From NCBI GenBank assembly GCA_965153285.1, contig OZ229129.1: a stretch of DNA of 64,000 nt, one strand, 5' to 3'. This DNA comes from Podarcis tiliguerta (taxonomy: Eukaryota). Below the pieces are notes generated by a model that did not search any database, was not told the DNA's origin, and saw only the letters and a list, made by a program, of their open reading frames with translations. A program made the translations under genes and the position numbers. Numbering within the stretch: position 1 is the stretch's first letter; each line of letters starts with the position of its first letter. Positions 23,561 to 35,876 of this stretch are shown here, piece by piece.

Positions 23561-25272
23561 CATCTACATTCATTCTGCATGTAATTAATCCTGCATGTAC
23601 CACAAGACAACCCTACTCATGTTCTGTCATATTTTGTTGATTAAAGAAACCATTTTGCCAACTAAAAACCTGCCCCGCCCCCAATTCGAACTAGTCAGAA
23701 GAATCTCTTTTAAATGTTTTAAATTATTTTAAAATACTGTCACCTTGTGAAAACGGCAAGATGGCAAGGGCCATCATAGAATAATAACCCCACTTCTATG
23801 GGGTTCTTCTTTGAAAATGCCTCTGACAATACAGGTGAGCACCATCAAAAACCAAGGGATGCTCTCCAGAACTAGGTTTTTCCTCCACATGATTTATTCA
23901 TTAAAGTCCATTTATATCTCACCTTTGCCTTTCAAGCTGGAGCACCCAAGGTGACTAACAACAACAACAAAAAGTTTTAAACCCCACCAAGTTATAAAAC
24001 AATTTTCAAAAGACACTTGAAAGTAGAGCAGTTCAACAACAAGCGAGAGGGGAGAGGAGAGAAGAGAAGGCGTAAGACCTTTCAGCAAATGGCCAAGCCA
24101 AAGGCATCAGGACGCCATCAGAGAGGAAGCTAGGTGGATGCCCATCTCAGGGCAAGGATTTCCACAGCTTAATCACTGCAAGAGAAAAAGCCTTTTCACA
24201 CATTCCTGCCAATCACACATCAAAAAAGGACCATCCTAGTTGAACAAAGCAGAAAGGCAGGATAGGATGGGAGGAGGCAGCCCTGAAAGTAGCCATGTCC
24301 TCAGTTATTTCAAGGGTGTGCAACTATGCACACATTTTAAAAACTGTAAGATTTCTTCCGTCAAGCAACAGCTTGAGGGCTGTCATATTCTTTCTGGGAA
24401 CTCTCATGTGTGCTTTTCTGCACTGAACCATGCCTATGTTTAGTACTACATGCAAACTGGGTCAGAGAGAAAGAACTGCCCCCCCTCCTAACTGCTAAGG
24501 CAGACGAGAGTGTTTGGGCAATAGTTTTGGGGCGAGGGCTAAGTAAGACGAGGGGGCCTGAGTACTGTACACCCTACATGGCTCCTTCTTGCTGCCCCAG
24601 AGTTATTCAAAACAGCAAATACTGCAGAATCAGTTACACAAAATAAAAACAAGGAACTCTGCACAAGCAAAAATATCTGGCTTTCCTTGGTGCAGAATCT
24701 GGGTCACCTGGTGCAGAGGATTTTAAAGTTATCTTATTGTAGAGTTCAAGCAGCCCTGGAAAAAAGGGGTTTCAGAACAGGATAATAAAAAACAGACCTC
24801 ATGTTCTACAGGGAGGCCCTTGGCACTGACGAAAGCTGACGGAAGGGGAAAGGAACATGCTCACAGTTTTCAAGTAATTCAGAAGAGGTTGGAGGGATTC
24901 TGTTGCTCTGAAAACAGAGTAACCTGAACAAAAACTGGTTGGAGCTGATGGGAGTTGTAGTTTAAAATATCAGGAAGACACCAGGTTGGGGGAGGCTGAT
25001 ATAAAACACTACCAAGTGTGCTTTGAGGGTTGTTCCCCTCATCCCCGCTCAGTCAAGCAGCATGTAAGATTTTAGACTGTACACACTTCAGAGCAGAATT
25101 TCTCACTATAATTGCGTATGGAGCCATATGCATTGATGATGCTATATAAATAAATGTTGATAATAATTATAATTATTATTTCAGGAAATAAATAAACAGA
25201 GTAAGAGAAGTGACGCTGGAGATGTGTAATCTATCAAACAGCAAATGCAGAAAAGCAAAGGACACTTTCCAT

Positions 25273-25295
25273 GGTGTGTGTGTGTGTGTGTGTGT
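25273..25295. repeat. (GT)n microsatellite
   Basis: Direct reading. Confidence 0.9.
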
Positions 25296-26529
25296 AGTCA
25301 AACTAAAAGAAGAGGAGAAGCAGCAGCAGTGAACAACCAGTGAACAAGAGTAACATGTTGAAGATCCCACAGAAGCAGGTCAACCTTTGGGGACTCAGCT
25401 ACATTAGCAAAAAAAAAAAAAAGCATGTTATATGTGTTGTATATGCATTATAACACTGTGACACCAGATGGCACTGTGAAGTTTGGTTTTTGCCAACCCA
25501 ATTTGTCATACAAAGTTTACAATGAGTTTAACTGAAACGCTTTTCTGATGTGTCTAGATCCAGTCTTGCCCAATGGACCAGTCATGAGGTTGTCCCAAGT
25601 ACTTCAATGCTACCTAGGGTGACCTCACATCTCAGGACTACTCATTCCAGCCACTTCCTGATCTGCCTTCCTGCCTTTCTTAAATACGCTATTTAAGGCT
25701 TCCCGCCCCCTCTTCAGTTTGTCTGAAGTCTACCTCCCATCAAAAAGGCACTTTTTATGAGCTGGCCCTCTCTTTAATAAACCGCAAAACACTCGTGAAC
25801 ATTCTGTGGCATCACAGGAGCTTAGATCAGTGGCAAAAGAGTTATGATACAACAACAGTTTCTATTTATCATAACCCACAGCATTATAGTACAGTAAAGA
25901 TGGGTGAGTTCATTTGGGGACAGAAGGTCAGAGACACAGGATCTTATGTCTGGCCACAGCTTAATCCAGCAAGAGGAACTTCTGGCCCACAGATGAAACG
26001 GAGCTGCCAGAGCCTTCCCATTTGGCTAGCCAGGTCATTCTGGTGAACGCACAAATACATCTGCCATCATCCCTGACATAAGGTATTGGGCAGGTAAAGG
26101 TAGGGCTTTAAAGGATGGAACAGGCGCTTAAAGAGGGCTCCCAGTGGTTCCACTGCTGGAGAAGGGCACACCCCCCAGTCACCCATCAGCTGATGGGCAA
26201 CACCAGTAGCCTTAGCTTGAGGAGGAAAAAGGGGTTTCTCTTTAATGGAAATTGCTCCCCCCCCCCCCCCGCTGTTCTTTAAAGCCTCCCCACATTCCTG
26301 AAATAAAGAGTGCTACAGAATGGGTGGATGGGTGCACACAGCATGCAAGAGAAAGGCATGTCTCCAAGAAGTGAAAAAGTTGATCCAAAGATCTCTCTCT
26401 AGAACAGGGGTAGCAAATGTGGGACTCACCAGGTTTGGGACTACAGTTCCCACCCAGCCCCACACAGCACTGCCAATGGTCAGGGATGATGGGAGTGTCT
26501 GGAGGGTGCAGGCTGGCTGCTGCTGTTCT

Positions 26530-26623
26530 TGTTCTTGTTGTTTAGTCGTTTAGTTGTGTCCGACTCTTCGTGACCCCATGGACCAGAGCACGCCAGGCAC
26601 CCCTGTCCTCCACCGCCTCCCGC
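26530..26623 (-). mobile_element. BovB 3' terminal fragment
   Basis: Reverse-complement similarity to 33065-33154 (REAVEDRGAWRALVHGVTKSRT). Confidence 0.85.
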
Positions 26624-27446
26624 ACCTCCCGCTTGCTCTTAGGCATCTGGAAAAGCAGGCCTTCATTGAAAATCTGTATCAAGAAGCAGACTGCAAAGAG
26701 CCCACAAACATGATGAACGCTCACTTCGAGACAGCTGTCCCCGTCTTCTTCAGAAGATATCATCATGCAGCAGCTTCAGCATTTACATCTAGCTCTAAAA
26801 AAACAGCACACTGGCTAAAATATATGGAATACTGGTCAGGACCCAGCTGCGGTGGAGGCACCTACAAAAACAAGTTCTCTATCAGGCATGCAAACAAAAA
26901 AGTTACCAGCTCCAGACAATAGGAGCTGGGCTAAGTCCCAGTGGCAGCTCTCTCAGAAGTTTTTTTTTTAAAAAGGGGGCCTTTCAGATCCTGCTGGACT
27001 ACAAACCCCTCTCATCCTGAGCACTGGTCGCTCTGTGTGGGACTGATGGGAGTCCAACAGCTTCTCGGGGCCACAGGCTCACTGTCTCTGTTTTAGAACT
27101 CACCAAAATATGACCGGGGAAGATAAGCTTGAAAAAGTGGGGAGCATAACCAGTAATCCCAGTGAGTGGAAGAGAGGAGGTCACCTGCAGCCACAGAGTG
27201 AGAGTTCAGGTTCTGCACGCCTACTTGTCCCTCCACTAGACAAGGAAAAGAAATTAATAGGAGAGCCTTGATTAATCAACCCAAAGCACCCCATTGCCAT
27301 TTCCAACAGTGGACAAAGGAATGCCCTCTTAGGAAGCCCACAAGGCAGGCATGAAAACAGCCCTCCTGCTCTGTTGCTCCCCTCTGATAACTGGTATTCA
27401 AAGGTTAACTGGCTTTGAACTGGGAGATTCATAACAATAACAATAA

Positions 27447-27452
27447 CTATTA

Positions 27453-27498
<46 letters not shown>
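27447..27498. repeat. (TTA)n microsatellite, tail of an L2-like fragment
   Basis: Direct reading. Confidence 0.9.
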
Positions 27499-27500
<2 letters not shown>

Positions 27501-28220
27501 CAGCCCATCTGGCTGGGTTTCCCCAGCCACTCTGGGTGGCTCCCAACAGAATATTGAAAATACGACAAACAATCAAACATTAAAAACATTTAGGGCTTTA
27601 AAAGTCAGCACCAACACTTTGAATTGTAATCAGAAATGTACTTTATAGCCATCATGGCTTGCAGTGCGCTTTCTGTATATTTCTCCCTCAAAAGAAACTT
27701 ATCATGCCAAGGCAGTGCCAGGGGTGTGATAGGGACAACAGGGAGTGTTGTACCCAGAACACTGATCTGCTTAGAGATTGCTCTGCTTTCCTCAAATGGG
27801 GGCATACAGGACACCCCAGGCAAGTTCACTGAGCCCAACTCCTCTTTCCATTTGGTAAACCAGAAATGCAGTTGGCTCCTGGGGTTTTTGAACAGGTATC
27901 AAGCCCACCTACCCTAACAGGAGGAAGGAGTCCCAACTGGATATCCAAAATATTGCACTTTCTTGAAAATACAAGCTATTTAGGAGTCTGATGCTTCACT
28001 CTTGTTGTGCTACTAAAGCTGTATGTAAAGTATTAGAGGAATTCAATATTTAAAAATAAAGTTTTTTAAAAAGAAATTCCCTCAAAATAACAACAAAAAT
28101 TGAGCACACACTGGTTTCTAATGAGAATGCCTTTGTTCCATTCTCAAGCTGCCGCCTACATATCCAGAGCAATAGGAATGGTCAAAATATTGTCTCCACT
28201 TACTTAGAAAAAGAAAATAC

Positions 28221-28226
28221 TTTATT
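28221..28226 (-). terminator. Putative GPR21 polyadenylation signal AATAAA
   Basis: Plus-strand tttatt about 770 nt after the GPR21 stop, followed on the minus strand by a U-rich tract (gtattttctttttct). A closer ATTAAA lies at 28945-28950. Confidence 0.5.
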
Positions 28227-28993
28227 CAACTGCTAAATTTTGTCTGCTTCAAAGTCATCCCAATTACTACACAAACATTTTTTTAAAAATAAAAATGCAA
28301 ACACTGTACTGTAAATCACATAGGAGCATTCTAACAGGGCACTCAGGATGAGAAGTTTTTGGAAAAAGCATCTGGGGAGGCGGGGAGGTCAGAATACTGA
28401 TTAATCACATGTGGTGTGGCTGTATCACACGACAAAATCAAATGTTCAGGTGTTTACATTATTTGTTTATAGGACTATGGGGGAAATGGGGTTGGGGGGA
28501 AGTCAGGGAGACTATACTTTGGCCCCTTATGTTAAGAATTCTGAAATATACTTTGGCATTTGCACAGAAAAACAAAAGCAAATAATCAGGGAGTATACCA
28601 TCAGACCATTTACACATTCCCACATTGACACGCAAGATCAAAGCTCTCCAAAAATGCCCAAGCTTTAAAGGAAGAACACACATGTCTCTTTTGCCAGAGG
28701 TCTTGTATGGCCACCACTGGCAGGCACTCCAGACAGGAGAGAAAGGGGAGGAGGAGGAGGAGCGCTCAGTTTTGGAAACACAGGTGCCAGGTCACCAAAC
28801 CTGCCTCACACAAGGACATTTGTAAAGTGAAACACTAAAACAGACATGCTTGTGGAAATCTCCAGTTCTTCAGCAGCTTTTCGCAGAGAAAAATTGTGTG
28901 TTCTTGTCAGTTTGTTAGGGGTTTTTTGCAAACTTGGCAATATCTTTAATCTATTTTCTGTTGTTGTTGTTTTTTGACGGAGCAATCTGTATC

Positions 28994-30052
28994 TTACGCA
29001 TGACACCCATTCGAAGGTCTTTTGCTCCTCGAGGCGGAGGACTCCTTTGGCGCCCGGTGCCTGGCGCAAGAGACACAAACAGCGCCAGAGAGGCGCTTCA
29101 AGCCTTTCTGAAAGACGCTGTTGGACAGGCTGTAGATGACACAGTTGCAGAAGCTGTTGCTGATGGCAAGCCAGGTGGTCAGGAAGGAGGCTGCTCGGCT
29201 GTGGTAGACAGAAGAGCTCTCCAGGAGGAAGTAGATTATGTAGGGGAGCCAGAGGATGTAGAAGACGCTGGTGATGCGCAGGAGAACCATGGCGTAGCGC
29301 TTGTCTGGGCACGGTTGGGCATCAGCCGCTTCCCCTTCTTGGGAGCTGAACCGCACGCGCCTCTCATTGATCTCTTTTGTGTGCTGCTGGCAAATGCGGA
29401 AGATGCTGAAGTAGGTGAAGCAGACCACGAAGGCTGCCGGCGCGTACAGCATGATGATGATGAAGAGGGTGAAGATGGCCCAAGTGTCCCAGGAGTCAGC
29501 ACACCACTGAAAAACATCCCCGTGGTAGCCGGGCTTTCCCCAGTCGAAGAAAGCCGGGAGGAACACGGCGCCCGAGTACAGCCAGATGAACAGGATGCAA
29601 ACCCGGAGGCGGCAGGGGGTGACCAGGGTGTTGTAGGACAGCGGCTTGGTGATGGCGATGTACCTGTCCACGCTGATGCAGGCCAGGGAGGTCATGGAGA
29701 CGCTCTTGAGCACGGAGACCACGTAGCCAAAGGCTCTGCAGATCACAGACTCCGGCAAGAAGGTGACCCGGTAGTGCAGCAGGGAGAGTGAAGGCACCAG
29801 GCAGCTCACACCCACCAGGAGGTCAGCGTAGGCCATGGTCTGGATGAAGTAGCTTGTGGTGTGGTGGTTCAGCAGTGGCGCACAGTGGAAGACGAAGATG
29901 ACCACAATGTTGCCCGAGATTATGAGGACGGTGAGGAAGACAATGACGATCAGCTCCAGCAGGCAGATGTCCAAGGCCTCCGGATAGCCGGCATCCAGGA
30001 GGCAGAAGGGCCTGCTGCTGCTGTGGTTGCTACCATCGAAGGAGGCATTCAT
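28994..30052 (-). CDS. GPR21: Orphan class A G protein-coupled receptor 21, 352 aa, uninterrupted CDS nested in the RABGAP1 intron
   Basis: Seven hydrophobic segments with GN (TM1), AYAD (TM2), DRY (TM3), LWLP (TM6) and NCVIY (TM7). ECL2 [14 protein letters not shown] and termini MNASFDG...PFCLL / ...NGCHA match GPR21 as remembered. ATG context aagATG. Confidence 0.96.
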   Translation of the reverse strand: MNASFDGSNHSSSRPFCLLDAGYPEALDICLLELIVIVFLTVLIISGNIVVIFVFHCAPLLNHHTTSYFIQTMAYADLLVGVSCLVPSLSLLHYRVTFLPESVICRAFGYVVSVLKSVSMTSLACISVDRYIAITKPLSYNTLVTPCRLRVCILFIWLYSGAVFLPAFFDWGKPGYHGDVFQWCADSWDTWAIFTLFIIIMLYAPAAFVVCFTYFSIFRICQQHTKEINERRVRFSSQEGEAADAQPCPDKRYAMVLLRITSVFYILWLPYIIYFLLESSSVYHSRAASFLTTWLAISNSFCNCVIYSLSNSVFQKGLKRLSGAVCVSCARHRAPKESSASRSKRPSNGCHA

Positions 30053-30419
30053 CTTGCGTCGGTGGCAGAAACCCCCTCACTCTGCCGCCACTTATGCTGG
30101 ATGCTGCCTGGCTGCTTCTGCTGTCATTGCGGCTGCCACACGTGCCACCCTGTCAAAGCCCAAACAGGAGATGGGGAGGGATGCAGAGGCTTCCTGGAGC
30201 TGCTGGGCATTGTCCGCAGTGGCTCCCTCCTGGAAATATCAGCTCTGTGGGCTGCAGCCTCCACAGCCACCGCCCCCTCCTCCTCCTCCTCTCTCTCTCT
30301 CTGCTGGCAGCTCAGCAACACACCACGCACAGATGCGTGGAAAGGGGGGGGGCGATAGAGAAAAGGGATGGAGGGAAGCTCGCTTGCTTGTGCAATTGGG
30401 GGGGGGGGGGATGCAGCAA

Positions 30420-31130
30420 TAGCCACGCGAGGGCGGGTGCTAGATGAAAAGGAAAGGAGGGAGGGGTGCCTTTACAGCATCCCCCCTCCCATAGATTCAG
30501 GACGCGTACAAGCCGGCCTCCTCACCCACAACGCTGCAGGACTTCGGCTAGCCTCTCCGCAGCCGGCTGGAGAATGGGCGCCGCCGCCGCGCCGGATCCC
30601 GCACCTCTCCGTCGATGCAGGAGTGAGGAAGGAGGAGGAAGAAGAGAGGGTCCGGCCTGCGGGTCCCTCCCCCTCCCCCACGGCTGGGCTAGGCTGAGCT
30701 GCCCTCCTGCCTACCTGCAGCCGGGAGGGACAAAGGCGAAGCGAGCGCCGGGAGCAGACGCAGAGGGACGCGGCAGAGGCTGCTTTTGATGCGCCCAGCC
30801 AGGCAGAGCAGCTGCCGGCCGTAGAAGAGCCTGCGCGGCGCAGGGGGAGGAACCCAGGTGCGAGGGAGGGGGCGGACAAAGGCGGCGGCGGCGGCGGCGA
30901 CAAGAGAGGGTGGGGGCGCAGCCAAGAGCCTCCCTTCCGCGCCCGGATAGCCGCAGCAAAGGCGCGCGCGCCCTCGTTTCCCGGCTCGATCGCCGGTGCG
31001 CCCCCTCATCTCCAAAGAGGAGCGCCCCGCCCTTTAGCAAAGAGGGGCCGCGGCTGAGTCTGCCAGGAGCCGAGCCCACCCGCTTCCTTCTTCTGAAGGG
31101 GCTCTCGGAGGTGCGAAGAGTAATCGTGTG
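30420..31130 (-). promoter_or_regulatory. CpG island, putative GPR21 / internal RABGAP1 promoter and first exon
   Basis: Very high GC and CpG density (ggcggcggcggcggcggcg, cgcgcgcgcc, GC boxes) against a CpG-depleted background, directly 5' of GPR21. Confidence 0.8.
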
Positions 31131-31942
31131 CTCAGAGGTCCAGTTCCCTTACAGCTTTGCAACGCGTCTTTCCTTGGCTGATCACCAAGGCATTAAGTTG
31201 TTGTTTCCCCCCCAAAGCTGTCCTTCTTCACCTAAGATGTGCAGCAAAAATCCTAATATGCCCTTCTGAGTTAGACGCATGGGAGTGGGCTGCGAGGGGG
31301 CGGGGCAGATAGCATGCTTCGCACACATCCCAAAGTGCACGCTCTCTCCCAAGACACACTCTCCACGTGGTTTAAACCATCTGAACCCAACCCAGCTGGC
31401 ACACTCCCATGCCCACTGAGATGTTTAAGCTTGGCAGTTATGCTCTGCCATGCTCTTAACAGGTCCTATACAAAATCGCCACTAAATGATAGTGATCTGG
31501 ACATTATGGGGCAGACACAACTGAAAGATATCTGACTTACAATAAGTAGGAACTGTGCAAGAGCTTCCCTCAGAGGATAGCATCAAAGCCTCTATAGAAG
31601 CAAACACAATGGCTGCAATCCCTTGATCAAATCTTAGCTTAATAAGCCACCATATAAATTAGCTTCAAGCACCTGCATTTAGGCACTTCGCTCGCTCCTC
31701 TGTGTGAATGAATAAACCAGCCAGGAAGTCACAGTTAAGCCATAGTTTCCTGTTATGTCCAAATGGGGAAACTATGGCTTGTGGATCCCGAACAGGCCAG
31801 GACACAAAGACAACTTTAAACGTTTTTCATAGAAGCCACAACCTTGCTTCAGTGACACATACAACAGCCAAAATTGAGGCTAGCAGGTTCACACACAAAC
31901 TCTTTATAGGTAATAAAGGTCCTGGAAAACAAGCCTTATGAG

Positions 31943-32423
31943 CAGGGCTGTCTTTAGCATATGCGCCGCCGGGGTGCAAAGATCCGCCCAGTGCCCCCAA
32001 ATTTAGACTGCCCACGTCTACACCCAAGATATACTTCTCCCTGGTTGCAGGCAAGGCCATGGCGCTGGCGGCCTGCCCTTCTGAGTCTTGCTGCTGTTGC
32101 CCCTCAAGAATCGAGCGCCCGAGCTCCACAAAGGCACACAGCTTCATATCCAGGCACTTTTAAAAGCTCCCCAGGAGGAGGAAGGAGAAGAAGAGGGATG
32201 CAGCAGCCATGCTGATGGTGGGCGAGAAAGCAACGCCTCTCCATGAAGGCAGGACTCTGGGGAGGAGAAAGCGGCCGGGGGGAGGCCAGCTTTGAATGTC
32301 AGCTTGATCAAAATTACTTATTTTTTCATAACAGGTAGTTAAGAGCTTAGGTGGCTTCAGTGGTAGGGCCCCCCCAGAATTCAGCGCCGGGGTGCCCTGG
32401 ACCCCTAAGTAAATACAGCCCTG
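31943..32423. mobile_element. hAT-type non-autonomous DNA transposon
   Basis: TIR cagggctgt/acagccctg; perfect 8-bp TSD cttatgag at 31935-31942 and 32424-32431. Confidence 0.85.
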
Positions 32424-32750
32424 CTTATGAGGAATGGTTGGGGGAGTGGGGTGTGCTTAGGAAAACAGGAGACTGAGAGGAAATATGATCGCCATCTTCA
32501 AATATCTAAAGGGCTGTCGCATAAGATGGAGCAAGCCTGTTTTCTTCTGCTCCAAAGGACAGGACCCAAATCAATGGATTCAAATGACAGGAAAGCATAT
32601 TGTGACTAAACATTAGGAAGAACTTTTTGATGGTTCAACAGTGAAACAGACTGTCTTGGAAGGCTGTGGACTTTCCTCCCCTGGAGGTTTTAAAAGAGAG
32701 GCTGGATGGCCACTTGTCAGGGATTATTTAGTTGCAATTACTGCATTCCA

Positions 32751-33154
32751 GTAATCCCAGTAAGAAGGCTGATCGCCGAAGAATTGATGCTTTTGAATTC
32801 TGGTGCTGGAGGAGACTCTTGAGAGTCCCATGGACTGCAAGAAGATCAAACCTCTCCATTCTGAAGGAAATCAGGCCTGAGTGCTCACTGGAAGGACAGA
32901 TCGTGAAGCTGAGGCTCCAAAACTTTGGCCACCTCATGAGAAGAGAAAAGACTCTGGAAAAGACCCTGATGTTGGGAAAGATGGAGGGCACAAGGAGAAG
33001 GGGACGACAGAGGACGAGATGGTTGGACAGTGTTCTTGAAGCTACCAGCATGAGTTTGACCAAACTGCGGGAGGCAGTGGAAGACAGGAGTGCCTAGCGT
33101 GCTCTGGTCCAGGGGGTCACAAAGAGCCGGACATGACTAAACGACTAAACAACA
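32751..33154 (+). mobile_element. BovB (RTE clade) LINE 3' fragment
   Basis: Encodes KKADRRRIDAFEFWCWRRLLRVPWTARRSN...LEKTLMLGKMEG.RRRGRQR.RWLD; tail gactaaacaacaa; 11-bp TSD actgcattcca at 32740-32750 and 33155-33165. Confidence 0.92.
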
Positions 33155-33218
33155 ACTGCATTCCAAGGGCTTGGACTAGGTGACCCTCAGGGTCCCTTCC
33201 AACTCTACAATTCTACTA

Positions 33219-33468
33219 CAGTCGTACCTCGGAAGTCAAATGGAATCCGTTTCAGAAATCCGTCTGACTTCCAAAACATTCGGAAAGCAAAGCATGGCAT
33301 CCAATTGGCTGCAGGAAACTCCTGCAGTGAATCGGAAGCCGTGGAACCTGTGTCGGATGTTTGGGTTCCAAATAATGTTCGCAAACCGGAACAATCACTT
33401 CTGAGTTTGCGGCATTCAGGAACCAAAACGTTCAACTTGCAAGGCATTCAACTTCCGATGTACGACTG
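33219..33468. mobile_element. Tc1/mariner (Tigger/pogo-like) MITE
   Basis: TIR cagtcgtacctcggaagt / acttccgatgtacgactg; TA on both flanks. Confidence 0.85.
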
Positions 33469-35739
33469 TATTCTATAACCAGTGGTTTGAACTGTACTGA
33501 GAGAGGAATGGAAGCCAGAACTCAACTGATTTAATCCACAAAGAGTTCTGTAAATGGGTGTCAGCACTGCTATTGGGACAATACCCACCTGCCTGTTGGG
33601 GGACGAAGTGCCAATCCCAATCTGTGCTGTTGTGAAGTGACAGCCAGATTTATTTGACACATGCCTGGATATGTATTCTCTGAAAAACTTTCTGACTAGT
33701 TGAACGGAAAGGCAAAAGGGCCAGAAGATTTACTGCAGCAGCTCTCACTTCATCCAGTTCTATTCGCTCCGGAGACATCTGCTGGGGAAATGGCTCCAGA
33801 GCAGCAGCTGCTGCTGCCAACACAGATGGGTGTGTTAACGTAAGGGCCTTCTGCCATGTGGGGCATGGACCCACCAGGGAGGACAGAGGGGCAAAAGTCA
33901 TCAAGGGCAAACTTCTCAAACAAAGGTTTTGAGTCCTAGCTGAGAAAGGGAGTTGGTTTTTAGAGATATCCCAACCGACAGGCCTTTCAGACACTCCACC
34001 AGCTCCTTTTGAAATGCATTTACTCAGCATCTCCAGTGAAAATAGCCAGAGGGCCACCAGAAAGAGGCTTCCCACATTTGATGCATTCAGTGTTTCTGTT
34101 TTGTTCTGCAGAGCTCAACTGGAAGCTACAGGATGAGGGATTGCTCCTGCGCTCAAATCCTGCTTGTTGGTTTCCCAGAGACACCTGGCTTGCCACTGTG
34201 AAAATGGGAGGCTGTGCTGTGTGGGCCCCTGGTCTGCTTTTTCAGGCTCCTCTTATGTGCCCAAAGGACTCCTCTCGACTCCAAGCCTGACAGCAGTTCA
34301 TTAACCTGCCAGGGAAACTAGGCGAGTCCATCAGGGTTGCATTATGGATCTCCTCATTTGTTGCTCCCCTTTTGCTGAGCCAGCACAAGCTGAAGCAGCA
34401 GCTTGCTGGGTCAGTGGAGCAGCTACTCATGCGGAAGGAGAAGCCAAACAGCCATTTGTGGCTCAGTGCAGCCTCTAAAAAGAAACAACACAGAAAAATT
34501 CAGCCTGTTTAAAAATAAAAACGCATAGTGACAGAAGGATGGATGCTGGTCTGGCTATCAAAGTAAAGCAAGAGATCAAAATTCCCAGGGAGAAAAATCA
34601 GACCCTGGTCCTTTGCCCCAACCCTCTCAAAGAAGGGAGAGACCCGGAGGACCAAGCTAGGCTAGAAAGTGCATATCTTGGCTTCTACAACATCCTTCTG
34701 GGTTTCTAGGCATGTAGCCTTTAAAAGCAGGGGCAAGAGAAGATGGAAAAGGTCTATAGCTCAGTGGCAGAGCATCTGGCTTGAAAGCAGATGGTCACAG
34801 GTTCAATTCCAGGCATCACCAGGTAGAGTTGGGAAAGAACCGTGTCTGGAACCCTGGAGAGTCACTGCCAGTCAGCATAAACAATATGGAGATAGATTGA
34901 AATAAAGAACATAAGAATAACCTGGTGGATCAGGCCAATAGCTCATCTAGTTCAGCATCCTGTTCTCACAGTGGCCAGCCAGATGGCTGGAAGCAAGATC
35001 CTGCAAGCAAGATTTGAGCACAAGAGCCCTCTCTCCTCCTGTGGTTTCCAGCAACTGAAGCATCGCTGCCTCCTGTGGAGGCAGAACCTGGTATGACACA
35101 CTATAAAGGAAGCTTCTTCCTATGTTTTTAAAGCCACGAAATTTGGGGGGACAGGAACCTGAAGATTTTGAAAGGGGCTATTTAAGTTCCTATTTAACTT
35201 CCTAAGAATTGGAAGCTGGCACCCAGAAAGCCAGTGGTATTTCTTTTCCTTCTCAGACTGCATTCGCTGTTTCCCAAGTGAATGCAAATTCTACACCAAG
35301 CTCACCCAAAATTCTGAGAGCATTGTTATTCAAAATGCAAATGAGTCTGCAGAAAACCAGTTCTCCTCCTGATGTCCCCCCCCCCAAAGACCAGGAGAGC
35401 AACAGCATGGAGAGAAAGAAAAATCTCCTGCAAATCAAGCACAGTCAGGATGCTGAAGAAGAGTGGAGAGGTGCTGTTTTAGGATAGCAAAAAAAGTAGG
35501 CATGTGAGAGCATCATCTACTTTTGGGCAAGAGAGAACAGAACCACAGCAACCAGACTTCTTGCTTGCTTGTCTGCCTAGCAAACTCCAATCCATCAAAA
35601 CTGGCATTTTTGACAGAATTCTGATTGGAGGCCAGCACCTGCCTGGGAGATGACATTATCTGGAAAACTGATGGTGGCTATTGGGAGAAAGGGGCGGAGA
35701 GGCTGGTGGGTAGCGTGGCCCAATCAAGAAGATCTAGGA

Positions 35740-35876
35740 CAGGCATAGGCAAACTCAGCCCTCCAGATGTTTTGGGACTACAATTCCCATCATCCCTGAC
35801 CACTGGGTCCTGCTAGCTAGGAATCATGGGAGTTATAGGCCAAAAACATCTGGAGGGCCGAGTCTGCCTATGCCTG
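35740..35876. mobile_element. Palindromic hAT MITE, same family as 19995-20131
   Basis: TIR caggcataggca/tgcctatgcctg; TSD atctagga/ctctagga. Confidence 0.85.

Larger units (their letters stand above)
31910..33216 (+). mobile_element. Old CR1 3' fragment interrupted by a hAT MITE and a BovB insertion
   Basis: aaaggtcctggaaaacaagccttatgag|gaatgg (KGLE..PYEE-like), aacattaggaagaacttt, and 3' end ggtcccttccaactctacaattcta. Confidence 0.75.

Noticed and set aside
28934-29791. 285-aa plus-strand ORF (also 29861..30358)
   Set aside because: Antisense shadow of the GC3-rich GPR21 CDS; non-ATG start and no recognisable domain.
28994-30052. GPR52 / RABGAP1L assignment
   Set aside because: Receptor termini and host exon peptides match GPR21 and RABGAP1 as remembered, not the paralogues.
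30368-31269. Several overlapping Pro/Ala/Arg-rich ORFs
   Set aside because: Expected from stop-codon scarcity in a CpG island; low complexity.
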